The notes beneath the pieces were generated by a model. That model was given only the letters and a program-made list of their open reading frames with translations, made no database searches and was not told where the DNA came from. A stretch of 64,000 nt of DNA from Candidatus Margulisiibacteriota bacterium (lineage in GTDB: Bacteria > Margulisbacteria > Marinamargulisbacteria > JBFWNS01). This document shows positions 38,449 through 49,070 of the stretch, piece after piece (position 1 is the first letter of the stretch; each line of letters starts with the position of its first letter). The DNA lies in contig JBFWNS010000006.1 in assembly GCA_050250935.1 (NCBI GenBank), positions 32,001 to 96,000 of the forward strand, given 5' to 3'. Both the position numbers and the translations under genes were made by a program.

Positions 38449-39623
38449 AGGTGCCAGGTTAGGTCTTCGTGTAAGACGTGGTAAGCCCAGATAAATAGCC
38501 CAGAAGACCAGGCAAACCCTTCTTCGCTTTTGTAAAAAAGTCGGTTGACGGGTTTTCCTTGGTCATAAACCTCGTAGACCCCGTTGTTGCGGAGTATCAG
38601 GTCCGCAATTTGGAGCAGGCTGTTGTGGGCTTGGTCTTTCAGGCCCATTTGGAACTCGGCAACCGCATTCAGGCAGCCCAACCACAGCCAGCGCATGCCG
38701 TTGTGATAATCGTGTAGCCCAATCAGGCGAAACGGAAAAAACACCAGGTTCTTGCGGTAGGTTGGGAAATTGGTTTGGATACAGCCTTCGTTTTCCATTT
38801 GGTGTTCTGCGATGGTGTCTAAAATAAGCTTGGCTTGCTCGGGTGTAGCCAGCCCTAGGACAATGGCTAACAGGTTGCCGTCGGTTGCAAAATAGCAGTG
38901 TTTTTCCCCGTCTTGGGAAATCCAATCGATAAAATAGCGGTTTTCCCAAAAGGCTTTGTTGAGCTCGGTTTTGAGGTGTTCCTGTTTTTTGTGGGCCAGC
39001 TCTGCGGCGTGGGTGTTGCCATTGCGCTTGGCCAGGGTTTCAAAGCAGCTTTGGGCTTTCCAGAACAACACATTGGTGTACAGAACAGCCCCTTGTTTGC
39101 GGGTGCTATCGGCCCAGCCGGCATAGGGCCCTTCTTGAACAAAGGCATTTCGGTCTTCGTGCTGATGCTCGAGCCAGGTTATGGCTTTTTGCAGGGGTTT
39201 AAAATATCGGTCTAAAAAGGCGGGATCTTGGGCAACCTCGACATAAAGTTGGGCCAAAATGAGGGTTAAGGCATTGCCATCGACGACCAAAGAAACCCCT
39301 TTGTCTTCCCGGTACCTTGGCTCTGGGGTTCCAGAATAACCAAACAAAAACTTTAGCAAAAAATGAACTTGTCCAACCCGAACCGGTAAATGGCCAGAGG
39401 GGTCTTGGTTGTCCAAAATGGTACACAGCGATTGCCGGACAGCTTTGTAATCGCCCAGGCATAAACTGCCCAGACCGGCATAGCAGGCATCTCGGGTCCA
39501 CAGGTCCGAAAAATGGCGTTTTCCCGCTTGGATTCCCAGTGGCGAATACCGATCTTTCAGGGTTTTGGTGGCAATGACTAGGGCTTTGCGGAGGGTGGAT
39601 TCCTTAGGGCTTAATGATGCCAT
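38445..39623 (-). CDS. (alpha/alpha)6 glycoside hydrolase, amylo-alpha-1,6-glucosidase-like
   Basis: HFSDLWTRD, WADS, YHNG..W.W, EVY, FAWSSG. Confidence 0.75.
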   Translation of the reverse strand: MASLSPKESTLRKALVIATKTLKDRYSPLGIQAGKRHFSDLWTRDACYAGLGSLCLGDYKAVRQSLCTILDNQDPSGHLPVRVGQVHFLLKFLFGYSGTPEPRYREDKGVSLVVDGNALTLILAQLYVEVAQDPAFLDRYFKPLQKAITWLEHQHEDRNAFVQEGPYAGWADSTRKQGAVLYTNVLFWKAQSCFETLAKRNGNTHAAELAHKKQEHLKTELNKAFWENRYFIDWISQDGEKHCYFATDGNLLAIVLGLATPEQAKLILDTIAEHQMENEGCIQTNFPTYRKNLVFFPFRLIGLHDYHNGMRWLWLGCLNAVAEFQMGLKDQAHNSLLQIADLILRNNGVYEVYDQGKPVNRLFYKSEEGFAWSSGLFIWAYHVLHEDLTWHL

Positions 39624-41454
39624 GAATCATCCAATCCAATTTCCCTTTCAAAAGGTGTTTGCTGACGGTTTCCAGGCTTCGGGTTGAATTGCAGCAAACC
39701 GCTTTAAAGTGCCCTCGAATCCGTTTTCGGGCTTGGCGGCAGAATAAATCCACCACGTCTTGGATGGTTTCGTCCCCACCTTTTGCCAGAAGCGCTTCGG
39801 CCCGAGACAGGCTAGAGGCCATGGCAAACAGGTCGGTGCCAATGTCGACAAATTGGGCCAAAAGCAGCTGTTCTTTTTCCAGACGTGTTTGATACAAAGC
39901 CATGGTATGAAACAAAGACCTGGCCAATTTTTTAGAGGTTTTATGTATGAAGCGAAGGTGTTTTCGGTTTTTGCAATTCAAGTGTTGAGTGCCATAAGCT
40001 TTGGGGAGGCTAACCCATTGTTTGGGATACCAGAGGGCGTAAAAACAAAAGGCATCTAGGCCCAGTTTTAGCTTTTCTTTAAGGCTGGCTTTGGGGTTCA
40101 TCAGGCCCATCAGACGACGCACGTGGGTGTCCATGGCTTCTCTTGCGATAAACAGTTGCATGACCTCGCTGGTGCCTTCAATGATGCGGTTGATACGCAG
40201 GTCTCGCAGCACCCGTTCCACCGGATATGCGGCTTCGCCACGGCGTTGTAAAGAAGAGGCTGTTTCAAAACCTCTGCCCCCTCGAATTTGTAGAGTTTCG
40301 TCGGCCACAGTCCAGGCTTTTTCGGAACAGAAATATTTGGCCATGGCAGCTTCAAGGCGAATATCTGCGTTGGCCTGATCGGCGAAGGTGGCGGTTAGGC
40401 TGCTAACGCTTTCCATGGCAAAGGTATCGGCGGCCATGGTGGCCAATTTTTGGGCAACCGCTTGGTGTTCGCCAATAGGAGCTCCCCATTGAACCCGCTC
40501 GTTCGACCATTTTTTGGCCACTTCCAAACACCATTTTCCAGAGGCTGCCGAAATGGCTGGAATGGTCAGTCGGCCTGCGTTCAAGGTCACAAATGCGATT
40601 TTAAGACCCTGTCCCAGTCCGCCAATGATGTTTTCTTTGGGGACTTTGACATTGGTAAAACGCAAATGACCGTTGGCTATGCCACGAATGCCCATAAACG
40701 ACGAGCGGTGTACAACCTCGAATCCGGGGGTGTTGCTTTCCACAATAAAGGCCGTAATTTGCTGCTTTTCTTTGCCGTTGACGAGTTTGGGAGGGGTCAA
40801 GGCCATCACCACCAACACATCGGCTTCGGGGCCGTTGGTGCAATACAATTTGTTGCCATTTAAAATATAGTGGTTGCCATCCTCGGTGGGTGTTGCCGTG
40901 GTGGTCATTCGGGCAGGGTCAGACCCGACATCGGGTTCGGTTAAGGCAAAGGCCGAAATATCGCCTTTGGCCAAACGGGGCAGGTATTTTTCTTTTTGTT
41001 CGTGGGTGCCAAACAGCTTCAGCGGTTGGGGAACCCCAATGCTTTGGTGGGCCGACAGCCAAACCGCCGTAGAGCCGCACCAGCTGCCCACCAGGGCCAT
41101 GGCTCGGGTGTAGTTTTCAACGCTCAAGCCCATGCCGCCATATTCTTTGGCAATCTTCATGCCAAAATACCCTTTGTCGCCCAAGGCTTTCAGTGCTTCT
41201 TTGGGGACGTGTTGTTCGGTGTCAATTTGGTCGGGGTTAATGTGGGCTTTGAGGTCTTTTTCTAGTTCGGCCAAAACCTGGTCGCCAATGGCTTTGTCGC
41301 TTTCTGATTGCGTTGGGTAGGGATGAATCAAGTCCCAGCGGAAATTTCCTTTAAACAGTTCGCCAACAAAGCTTTCAAATCGCCATTCGGTTTCTCGGGA
41401 ATCTTCGGCCAAATCAAGGGCTTTTTGCTTGTCCTGGTTGTCGGAAAGTTGCAT
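39604..41454 (-). CDS. Acyl-CoA dehydrogenase (long VLCAD/ACAD9-like form)
   Basis: SAFALTEPDVGSDP, LNGNK.Y.TNG, R.QWG, QIRGGRG, RIIEGTSE. Confidence 0.93.
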   Translation of the reverse strand: MQLSDNQDKQKALDLAEDSRETEWRFESFVGELFKGNFRWDLIHPYPTQSESDKAIGDQVLAELEKDLKAHINPDQIDTEQHVPKEALKALGDKGYFGMKIAKEYGGMGLSVENYTRAMALVGSWCGSTAVWLSAHQSIGVPQPLKLFGTHEQKEKYLPRLAKGDISAFALTEPDVGSDPARMTTTATPTEDGNHYILNGNKLYCTNGPEADVLVVMALTPPKLVNGKEKQQITAFIVESNTPGFEVVHRSSFMGIRGIANGHLRFTNVKVPKENIIGGLGQGLKIAFVTLNAGRLTIPAISAASGKWCLEVAKKWSNERVQWGAPIGEHQAVAQKLATMAADTFAMESVSSLTATFADQANADIRLEAAMAKYFCSEKAWTVADETLQIRGGRGFETASSLQRRGEAAYPVERVLRDLRINRIIEGTSEVMQLFIAREAMDTHVRRLMGLMNPKASLKEKLKLGLDAFCFYALWYPKQWVSLPKAYGTQHLNCKNRKHLRFIHKTSKKLARSLFHTMALYQTRLEKEQLLLAQFVDIGTDLFAMASSLSRAEALLAKGGDETIQDVVDLFCRQARKRIRGHFKAVCCNSTRSLETVSKHLLKGKLDWMIHGIIKP

Positions 41455-41551
41455 GGAAAAATCTCCTGAAAATAGGGTGGGAATCGGAACTTAAAGTAAA
41501 CCACAGATTACCCCCTTTTGTAAAAATTTAAACCCCCCTAGAATACCAAGC

Positions 41552-42502
41552 ATGGTTCACTTTATTTTTGGCGAAGAAACCTTTTTGGTTGAAGAGGCGT
41601 TTCAAGCGGTTTGTCGGGCCTATCCCAAGGCCGATAAATTGGTGTTTGAAGGTAAGTTTGATGTTGAAAAACTGGTTCAATCCGCTTTGGGACTCTCGCT
41701 TTTTTCGCCTCAAAAATTGTTAATTTTGAAGTCGCCTTTCTTTTTGAATGGGACTGTTTCGGATTCCGAACAAAAGCGACTGGAGGCGTTTTTTCAAGAT
41801 GCCCAGCAGTCTCCGAATGCGGTTGTGATTGTGGTTCCTGGAACTCTGGATCAGCGCCGAAAATGGGTTCAATTCCTTAAAAAGAATGCCAAGGTCCAGG
41901 ACTGTATTCCCTTCAAAGATTGGGAACAAGCGAAGGTCATGCAATGGATGGTGGATCGCCTCAAAAGTCGGGGTAAAACCATTGCCCAAGAGGCCTTGTT
42001 TATGTTGGAACAAATGGGCGGAACCCAGCTTAGTCATTTGGCTTCAGAGTTGGATAAGGTGTTGGTTTACAGTGGCACGGCCGTTCATATCACCGCCCAA
42101 GATGTCCAGGCGGTGTGCTCGCCAGCGGGGTCCAGTTTGTATCGGTTGTCCGAGGCCATGAAAAAAAAGCAGGTCCCGCACATGTTGGCGGCTTTACAGC
42201 GTTTGCTAGAGGATGGGGAAGAACCCATTCGGTTGTTGGGGTATTTTGCCACACAGATCCGGTTTTATCTTCAATTGCTGGATTTGCATCAGGCCAGAAA
42301 GTCGCCGCAAGAGATGGCGCAATTGTTGGGTAAAAATCCGTTTTTCATCCAAAAGATGTTGCCGGATATTGCCAAGGCCTACACCATCGATACGCTTAAA
42401 AAGCGCTATAAACAGCTACACGAAACCGATCTGTTGATTAAAACAGGTCGCTGCAACCCCAAATATGGTTTGGAATTATTCGTGATCGATTTTCAGAGCT
42501 GA
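41552..42502 (+). CDS. holA: DNA polymerase III delta subunit
   Basis: FIFGEETFLVEE, LSLFS, ELDKV, LGKNPF, TDLLIKTG. Confidence 0.9.
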   Translation: MVHFIFGEETFLVEEAFQAVCRAYPKADKLVFEGKFDVEKLVQSALGLSLFSPQKLLILKSPFFLNGTVSDSEQKRLEAFFQDAQQSPNAVVIVVPGTLDQRRKWVQFLKKNAKVQDCIPFKDWEQAKVMQWMVDRLKSRGKTIAQEALFMLEQMGGTQLSHLASELDKVLVYSGTAVHITAQDVQAVCSPAGSSLYRLSEAMKKKQVPHMLAALQRLLEDGEEPIRLLGYFATQIRFYLQLLDLHQARKSPQEMAQLLGKNPFFIQKMLPDIAKAYTIDTLKKRYKQLHETDLLIKTGRCNPKYGLELFVIDFQS

Positions 42503-42684
42503 TCGGTCGTGTCGATTTTGCGTAGTTCAAAACGCTTAATCAAGTCGTATCCATGAAGCTTAAGTTTTTGCCTCAAGGATGTGTCCGACAAACCAAACTC
42601 CGCACATGCCATGCTAATGTTGCCGAGCGAATTCAGCCGATCCATTAGACGGTCGATGTCCACCTCTTTTGCTTTACGTCCCAT
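42493..42684 (-). CDS. Small Fis-like helix-turn-helix protein (paralog of 37827-38009)
   Basis: MGRKAKE...RLNSLGNISMACAEFGLSDTSLRQKLK; promoter places the start at ATG 42684. Confidence 0.75.
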   Translation of the reverse strand: MGRKAKEVDIDRLMDRLNSLGNISMACAEFGLSDTSLRQKLKLHGYDLIKRFELRKIDTTDQL

Positions 42685-42691
42685 GGGGCGG

Positions 42692-42721
42692 ATTATATCA
42701 AGGGCCTGTCTTGAAATGCAA
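42692..42721 (-). promoter_or_regulatory. Extended -10 promoter, probably leaderless
   Basis: TTGCAT-18 nt-TATAAT with TG extension; 7 nt to the ATG. Confidence 0.7.
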
Positions 42722-42824
42722 TCATCACCTTTTGTACTCAATTTTGGGTTTTCAGAATAAGGTATCCTTGTTATAATCCGCATCTGTTTTTAAAAATCAA
42801 TATTACGAAAATGGATCAATAATC

Positions 42825-43493
42825 ATGACAGACCCAATTTCTCCCCTATCTGGGAATATTTTTCCCAAATGGGCCAACCGAGTTCCCGGCTTTATAATGT
42901 GGGGAGCCCTCCTCTTCCTGTGTTTTATTATCTTCGTTTTTTGGTACTGGTTTTCTCCTAAAAATACCGATGTTGGGTATGCACCTCGTCAGCCGATTCC
43001 TTACAGCCACAAGCTACACGTTGGCGAATTGGGAATGGATTGCCGGTATTGCCATTACACCATCGAAAAATCGGGTGCAGCTGCAATTCCTCCTACCGAA
43101 GTGTGTATGAACTGCCACAATGTGGTTAAAAAAGACAATCCCGAAATCATGAAAATTCGCGATAGTTTCGCCACCGGTAAGCCCATTGAATGGGTTAAGG
43201 TTCATCGGTTGCCCGACTATGTTTATTTCAACCATAGCCGTCACGTGAATTCTGGTATTTCTTGTTATTCTTGCCACGGTCGCATCGACAAAATGGAAGT
43301 GGTTCACCAAGTTCAGCCTTTAAGCATGTCCTGGTGTTTGGATTGTCACCGTAACCCCGAAAAAAATCTGCGTCCAAAAGAGTTTGTTACCCAGTTGGAT
43401 TGGAAAGCTGAAGATCAAGAAAAACTAGGTCTTGAGTTGAAGAAAAAATATCATATTAATCCAGGTGAGGATTGCAGCGTATGTCACAGATAA
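42825..43493 (+). CDS. actA: Alternative complex III pentaheme cytochrome c
   Basis: One TM; five CxxCH (CRYCH, CMNCH, CYSCH, CLDCH, CSVCH). Confidence 0.93.
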   Translation: MTDPISPLSGNIFPKWANRVPGFIMWGALLFLCFIIFVFWYWFSPKNTDVGYAPRQPIPYSHKLHVGELGMDCRYCHYTIEKSGAAAIPPTEVCMNCHNVVKKDNPEIMKIRDSFATGKPIEWVKVHRLPDYVYFNHSRHVNSGISCYSCHGRIDKMEVVHQVQPLSMSWCLDCHRNPEKNLRPKEFVTQLDWKAEDQEKLGLELKKKYHINPGEDCSVCHR

Positions 43494-43513
43494 ACTCGGG
43501 AGAAGGTAAAGGC

Positions 43514-46500
43514 ATGGATAAACAGTATTGGCGAAGTTTGGGTCAGCTCGACAAAACCCCCGAGTTTCAGCAGCACGTGGACAGAGAGTTTCCTGAAAAC
43601 GCCTCTGTTTTAGAGGATAAAATTTCTAGACGAACCTTTGTTAAGCTGATGACGGCCTCTGCGGCACTGGCAGGGATGACGGGATGCTCGATTCGACGTC
43701 CGGTTCAAAAGGTTCATCCTTATGTAAAGTCCCCCGAAAATCTAATTCCAGGTAAACCCAATTTTTATGCTTCGGCCTTCCAGTTGGGAGATGATGTGTT
43801 GGGGGTTTTGGTTGAAAGTCATGAAGGGCGTCCAACCAAGCTGGAAGGGAACCCTGAGCATTCTCAAAGTTTGGGAGCTGCTTCGGTTTTTGCCCAAGCC
43901 TCGGTCTTGAATTTATATGACCCTGATCGAATTAAAGAGCCCAAATTTAAAGGTGAGATCTTAACCCGTAGTCAAGTGGTGTCTCATTTGCAAAGCGAAG
44001 TGGCTCAAGCCGGTGGCGAAGGGGTTTACATTTTATCTGAAACCCAGGTTTCGCCAACCACACACCGCCTTTTAAAAGAGGTTCAAGCCGCACTGCCTCA
44101 GGTTACGGTGTTGCGTTACGATGCCGTTAATCGCGACGAGCAAATCGAAGCGACGAAGGCCGTCTATGGTAGCCCTGTGGTTCCCCTAACCGATTTTGAA
44201 AAAGCTTCTGTTGTGGTGTCTTTTGGTTCGGACTTCTTGGGCGTAGAGCCTCAAGCAGTGGTAAATACAAAAGGATTTTCAAAACGGCGTGATCCCGAGC
44301 ATCCCAAAGGCATGAACCGGTTTTATGCATTTGAGAGTCGGTTTACAGCTACGGGTGCCAGGGCCGATCACCGCATTCCTGTGAAGCCTTCGGAAATCGA
44401 GGCTGCATTGTGGGTGGTTGCCGATGCGCTGTTTGCTGCCGGATTGTCGGCTTCAGATGCGTTGAAATCTGAAGTTAAACAAGCGTTGTCTACGCGAAAA
44501 GTAACCATTGAAAAAGCCTACATTCAGGCCATTGTGGACGATGTTTTGTCCAACCGTGGCGCCTCTGCTTTTGTGGTTGGTATGACCCAATCTCGCGCTG
44601 CCCATGCTTTGGCTGCCGTTTTGAACGATTTGCTCAATAGCCCTGTGGTTCATCATGCCCTTCCTTTTGGGTCTTCTGCCCTGTACCGCCAAACTGGGTT
44701 AACCGCTTTAAAACAACTCAGCGATGCTCTGGAAGCGGGTGCCGTTCGGGCTTTGTTGGTTTTGGGCGGTAATCCTGTGTATGCGGCCCCAGCGGATATT
44801 CCGTTGAATTTGAAAAAAGCAGGGTTGGTTGCCCAATTGTCTCAAGACAACAACGAGACCTTGGCCCACGCTCAGCTTATCATTCCCGAATCTCATTACT
44901 TGGAATCTTGGTCCGATGTACAAGCGGTTGATGGATCTGTTTCTATTGTTCAGCCTTTGATTAGCCCCATGTACCACAGCTTTACGGCTGCCGAAGTGTT
45001 GGCCGCTTTGGCTGGAAAAGAAAAAACCGATTTTGAATTGGTCAAAGAGACTTGGTCTTCTACTTCCGAAAAAACCTGGAAGTCTTGGTTGCATTCCGGT
45101 GTGGCTGTGCCTGCCCAATCTGGTGGGTCTTTGTCGGGGTCTCAATCTGCCGCCGCAACGTTGATTCGCGCGAGTAAAGCTAAAAAAACCAAGCCTGGTT
45201 TTGAACTTGGATTTGATGTTTCGCCTTCCCTTTACGATGGTCGTTTTGCCAACAATGGGTGGTTGCAAGAGTTGCCTGAACCCATTTCAAAACTCACTTG
45301 GGATAATGCGTTGTTTATCAACCCTGTTGAAGCCAAGGCCCAAGGGGTTAAGACTGGCGATCAAGTGGTTGTTAAGCTTAATCAGCAAGCCCTTACCCTT
45401 CCTGTCATGGAAATTCCTGGCCAAGCCATGGGATCTGCTTCTGTCTTTTTGGGTTATGGCCGCAAAGTTGTGGGCCGTGTTGGGGGTAAATCGGGTTTTG
45501 ATGTTCGCCCTTTAAGACAGTCTGCTTCTCCTTATGTGTCTACTGTTACCCTTCAAAAAACCGATGGCCATTACAAATTGGCCAGCACCCAAGAACATTG
45601 GAGTTTAGAAGGTCGACCAGCCTATCGCGAGGCCACGGTTTCCGAATACAAGGCCGATCCCGAGTTCGCCAAAGAAATGGTGGAACATCCGCCATTGGTA
45701 TCGTCTTGGAAAGAAAAACAATACGATACGGGCTATCAATGGGGCATGAGCATCGACCTGGGTAAATGTACCGGTTGTAATGCGTGTATCACCGCTTGTC
45801 AGGCCGAAAACAACATCCCCATCGTGGGTAAAAAAGAAGTGCTGAATGGCCGAGAAATGCATTGGATTCGTATCGATCGCTATTTTTCTGGCAGAGAAGA
45901 AGCCCCTCGCATTGTTCATCAACCTGTGAACTGCCTGCAATGCGAAATGGCCCCTTGCGAGCAAGTTTGTCCTGTTGCGGCGACCACGCACAGCAAAGAA
46001 GGCCTGAACGATATGACGTACAACCGTTGTATTGGAACCAAATATTGTGCCAACAACTGTCCCGTAAAAGTTCGCCGGTTTAATTTTTTTGACTATCATC
46101 AAAGCAACCCTCAATCGGTTCCCAAAGAACGCAAACATTTCTTCGACTACATGCGCGAATCCGACAAAACGGTTCAAATGCAGTTTAATCCCGATGTTAC
46201 CGTTCGGATGCGGGGGATTATGGAAAAATGTACTTACTGTGTTCAACGCATTAACGAAGGTAAGATTCGAGCTGCCAACGACAATCGCACTGTCGTCGAT
46301 GGCGAAATTATTACGGCCTGCGAACAAACCTGTCCTTCCGATGCGATCGTTTTTGGAAACATTTTGGATGCTGATAGCCGCATTGCTAAGCTCCGGGCCA
46401 AAGACCGTCGCTACGATTTGTTGGCAGAATTGAATTTGAGACCCAGAACAACCTTCTTGGCCGCGATTCGTAATCCACACCCCAAATTGGTTTATCTTGA

Positions 46501-46516
46501 GAAGGAGAGGGCATAA
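43514..46516 (+). CDS. actB: Alternative complex III ActB (molybdopterin-like domain fused to Fe-S domain)
   Basis: YWRSL, Tat motif [29 protein letters not shown], four Fe-S motifs including CIGTKYC. Confidence 0.93.
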   Translation: MDKQYWRSLGQLDKTPEFQQHVDREFPENASVLEDKISRRTFVKLMTASAALAGMTGCSIRRPVQKVHPYVKSPENLIPGKPNFYASAFQLGDDVLGVLVESHEGRPTKLEGNPEHSQSLGAASVFAQASVLNLYDPDRIKEPKFKGEILTRSQVVSHLQSEVAQAGGEGVYILSETQVSPTTHRLLKEVQAALPQVTVLRYDAVNRDEQIEATKAVYGSPVVPLTDFEKASVVVSFGSDFLGVEPQAVVNTKGFSKRRDPEHPKGMNRFYAFESRFTATGARADHRIPVKPSEIEAALWVVADALFAAGLSASDALKSEVKQALSTRKVTIEKAYIQAIVDDVLSNRGASAFVVGMTQSRAAHALAAVLNDLLNSPVVHHALPFGSSALYRQTGLTALKQLSDALEAGAVRALLVLGGNPVYAAPADIPLNLKKAGLVAQLSQDNNETLAHAQLIIPESHYLESWSDVQAVDGSVSIVQPLISPMYHSFTAAEVLAALAGKEKTDFELVKETWSSTSEKTWKSWLHSGVAVPAQSGGSLSGSQSAAATLIRASKAKKTKPGFELGFDVSPSLYDGRFANNGWLQELPEPISKLTWDNALFINPVEAKAQGVKTGDQVVVKLNQQALTLPVMEIPGQAMGSASVFLGYGRKVVGRVGGKSGFDVRPLRQSASPYVSTVTLQKTDGHYKLASTQEHWSLEGRPAYREATVSEYKADPEFAKEMVEHPPLVSSWKEKQYDTGYQWGMSIDLGKCTGCNACITACQAENNIPIVGKKEVLNGREMHWIRIDRYFSGREEAPRIVHQPVNCLQCEMAPCEQVCPVAATTHSKEGLNDMTYNRCIGTKYCANNCPVKVRRFNFFDYHQSNPQSVPKERKHFFDYMRESDKTVQMQFNPDVTVRMRGIMEKCTYCVQRINEGKIRAANDNRTVVDGEIITACEQTCPSDAIVFGNILDADSRIAKLRAKDRRYDLLAELNLRPRTTFLAAIRNPHPKLVYLEKERA

Positions 46517-46518
46517 CA

Positions 46519-47898
46519 ATGAGTCATACGGTGCAGGCCAACCCTGTTGCACGAACCCCGCTGGTCACCGGTGGTCTAAATTTCGAGGAAATCTCCAATG
46601 TGGTTTCGGCTCCTGTTGAAACCAAGGCCCCAACCTGGTGGATGATTGCGTTTGCAGGATCCGTTTCTTTGTTGCTGCTTCTGTTTGCCATGTTGAGCTA
46701 CTTGGTGTGGAGCGGTATCGGCATTTGGGGATTAAATAACCCCATTTTTTGGGGATGGGATATTGTTAACTTTGTATTTTGGGTTGGTATTGGTCACGCT
46801 GGAACGTTGATTTCTGCCATTCTTTTCTTGTTCCGTCAAAAATGGAGAACCTCGATTAACCGTTTTGCCGAGGCCATGACGATTTTTGCGGTTATGTGCG
46901 CGGCCGTGTTTGTGGGTTTCCACGTAGGGCGGGTTTGGGTTGCGTACTATTTATTTCCTATTCCCAACCAAATGGCCATCTGGCCCAATTTTAGAAGCCC
47001 ATTGTTGTGGGACGTGTTTGCGGTTAGTACCTATTTTACGGTGTCCTTGATGTTCTGGTATGTGGGGTTGGTTCCCGATTTGGCTACCCTCCGAGATCGG
47101 GCCAAAACCAAGGTTCGCCGCTTGACCTTCGGCTTGTTTGCTTTGGGTTGGCGTGGTGCCAACCGCCATTGGCAAAACTATGAGCGCTCCTATCTGATTC
47201 TAGCTGCTCTTTCTACGCCACTGGTATTGTCTGTACACTCGATTGTAAGTTTCGACTTTGCTGTTTCCTTGATTCCAGGTTGGCACACCACCATCTTCCC
47301 GCCTTACTTTGTGGCTGGGGCTATTTTTTCGGGTTTCGCGATGGTGGTAACCCTGATGGTAATAGCCCGCGAGCTGTTTGGTATGAAAGATTTGATGACC
47401 ATGCACCATCTGGAATGTATGAATAAGATTATTTTGGTAACCGGTACCATGGTGGGCTATGCCTATGGCATGGAGTTTTTTATGGCCTGGTATTCCGGGA
47501 ACACCTACGAAGCTTTTGCGTTTGTTAACCGGGCTTTTGGTCCCTATGCTTGGGCCTATTGGACCATGATTTCTTGTAACGTTATTACGCCCCAGTTGTT
47601 CTGGTTTAAAAAAATCAGAACCAGCATTCCCATCATGTTTATCATGTCTATTTTTGTAAATATTGGGATGTGGTTTGAACGGTTTGTGATCACCGTTACA
47701 TCGCTTCACCGCGACTTCTTGCCCTCCAGCTGGTTTTATTACAGACCTACCTGGGTTGAGATCTGCCAATTTATCGGAAGTTTCGGGTTGTTTTTAACGA
47801 TGTTTTTGTTGTTCCTGAAATATTTGCCGATGGTTGCAATTTCAGAGGTGAAAGGCGTTTTGCCTGAAGCCAATCCTCATCATGGAGACCACCACTAA
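46519..47898 (+). CDS. actC: Alternative complex III ActC (NrfD/PsrC family)
   Basis: [45 protein letters not shown]. Confidence 0.95.
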   Translation: MSHTVQANPVARTPLVTGGLNFEEISNVVSAPVETKAPTWWMIAFAGSVSLLLLLFAMLSYLVWSGIGIWGLNNPIFWGWDIVNFVFWVGIGHAGTLISAILFLFRQKWRTSINRFAEAMTIFAVMCAAVFVGFHVGRVWVAYYLFPIPNQMAIWPNFRSPLLWDVFAVSTYFTVSLMFWYVGLVPDLATLRDRAKTKVRRLTFGLFALGWRGANRHWQNYERSYLILAALSTPLVLSVHSIVSFDFAVSLIPGWHTTIFPPYFVAGAIFSGFAMVVTLMVIARELFGMKDLMTMHHLECMNKIILVTGTMVGYAYGMEFFMAWYSGNTYEAFAFVNRAFGPYAWAYWTMISCNVITPQLFWFKKIRTSIPIMFIMSIFVNIGMWFERFVITVTSLHRDFLPSSWFYYRPTWVEICQFIGSFGLFLTMFLLFLKYLPMVAISEVKGVLPEANPHHGDHH

Positions 47899-48431
47899 TG
47901 ACTCAGAAACCGTATGGTATGATGGCCCACTTCAAAGACCCCGGTGCTCTTTTGGAAGCCGCTAAAAAGTTGAAGGCAGCCGGGTATGTTAAGTTCGAAA
48001 CCTATAGCCCATTTCCCATCCATGGCATGGATGATGCGATGGGGCTTGGTCAATCCAAATTGGGATGGATCGTGGCCTGTGGGGGCGCTTTTGGATTGTT
48101 GTTTGCCATTACCCTTCAAACTTGGGTGTCTGTGGCAGCGTATAAAATTACGGTTAGCGGCAAGCCCTTGTTTAGCTTTCAGGCTTTTGTGCCGGTTTGT
48201 TTCGAGCTGATGGTCTTGTTTTCTGGTTTTTCGGCTGTTTTTGGAATGTTTATCTTGAATAAACTCCCTCAGTTTTACCATTCTGTTTTTAACTACAAAC
48301 ATTTTTCTTCTGTTTCTTCCCATGGTTTTGTGGTTGGCATCGAAGCCGATGATCTACAATTCCATACCGAACAAACCGCGGCCTTCTTGGCCGAAATTGG
48401 AGGCAGCCAAATCGAGCTGGTACAGGCATGA
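47898..48431 (+). CDS. actD: Alternative complex III ActD (DUF3341)
   Basis: YSPFPIHGMD, VSGKP, PVCFEL; two TM. Confidence 0.92.
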   Translation: MTQKPYGMMAHFKDPGALLEAAKKLKAAGYVKFETYSPFPIHGMDDAMGLGQSKLGWIVACGGAFGLLFAITLQTWVSVAAYKITVSGKPLFSFQAFVPVCFELMVLFSGFSAVFGMFILNKLPQFYHSVFNYKHFSSVSSHGFVVGIEADDLQFHTEQTAAFLAEIGGSQIELVQA

Positions 48432-49048
48432 TGAAACGTTTTTCACTGGTTCTTTCGTTGTTGGTTTTGGTTGTTTTAACCGGTTGTGGTCGAGGGTATA
48501 GAACCGAAAATACCCCTGTTCATTTAAACCCTAATTTGGATTGGCAAACCAAATTTAAGGCCCAAACCTTACCCCTAACACCACCTGACAATACGGTGGC
48601 TTGGGGCCAAGAAGCGGTTTATCCCAATAACCCAACCCGAGCAAAGTTTTTAAAAGCCGATGTCGCCTTTTATGAAGGTAAAACCGATACAGGCGCCTTG
48701 GTTGCTCGAATTCCGGTTAAAGTAACCGAAGACCTGCTGAACCGTGGTCAAGAGCGGTTTAATATCTATTGTGCGATGTGTCATGACCGGGCAGGAACTG
48801 GAAAAGGCCCTGTTATTTCTCGGGGTTTGGTTCCACCACCTGATTTTGCCGATCCACGACTTTTGGCTGAACCGGATGGGTACTTTTTCAATGTCATTAC
48901 CCATGGGGTTCGCACCATGCCGTCTTATGCCAAGCAAGTTCCCGAAGAAGACCGCTGGGCCATTGTGGCCTATGTTCGGGCGCTTCAAAAATCCCGAACG
49001 GCGTCAATTTCTGAAATTCCTGAACGCCTTAAACAAGATCTGAAGTAA
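48428..49048 (+). CDS. actE: Alternative complex III ActE monoheme cytochrome c lipoprotein
   Basis: Lipobox LTGC; CAMCH; MPSY..DRWAIVAYVRAL. Confidence 0.92.
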   Translation: MMKRFSLVLSLLVLVVLTGCGRGYRTENTPVHLNPNLDWQTKFKAQTLPLTPPDNTVAWGQEAVYPNNPTRAKFLKADVAFYEGKTDTGALVARIPVKVTEDLLNRGQERFNIYCAMCHDRAGTGKGPVISRGLVPPPDFADPRLLAEPDGYFFNVITHGVRTMPSYAKQVPEEDRWAIVAYVRALQKSRTASISEIPERLKQDLK

Positions 49049-49070
49049 ACAAGTAGAACTGGAGTCAACA

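Noticed and set aside
43514..46516. Catalytic molybdoenzyme (e.g. anaerobic reductase)
   Set aside because: Context and motifs identify ActB, whose molybdopterin-like domain is known to lack the cofactor.
45605..46552. 315-aa antisense ORF, and similar long shadow ORFs opposite ftsH, the RND gene and the large proteins
   Set aside because: They lie opposite well-supported genes and show no recognisable motifs; codon-bias shadows are the simpler explanation.
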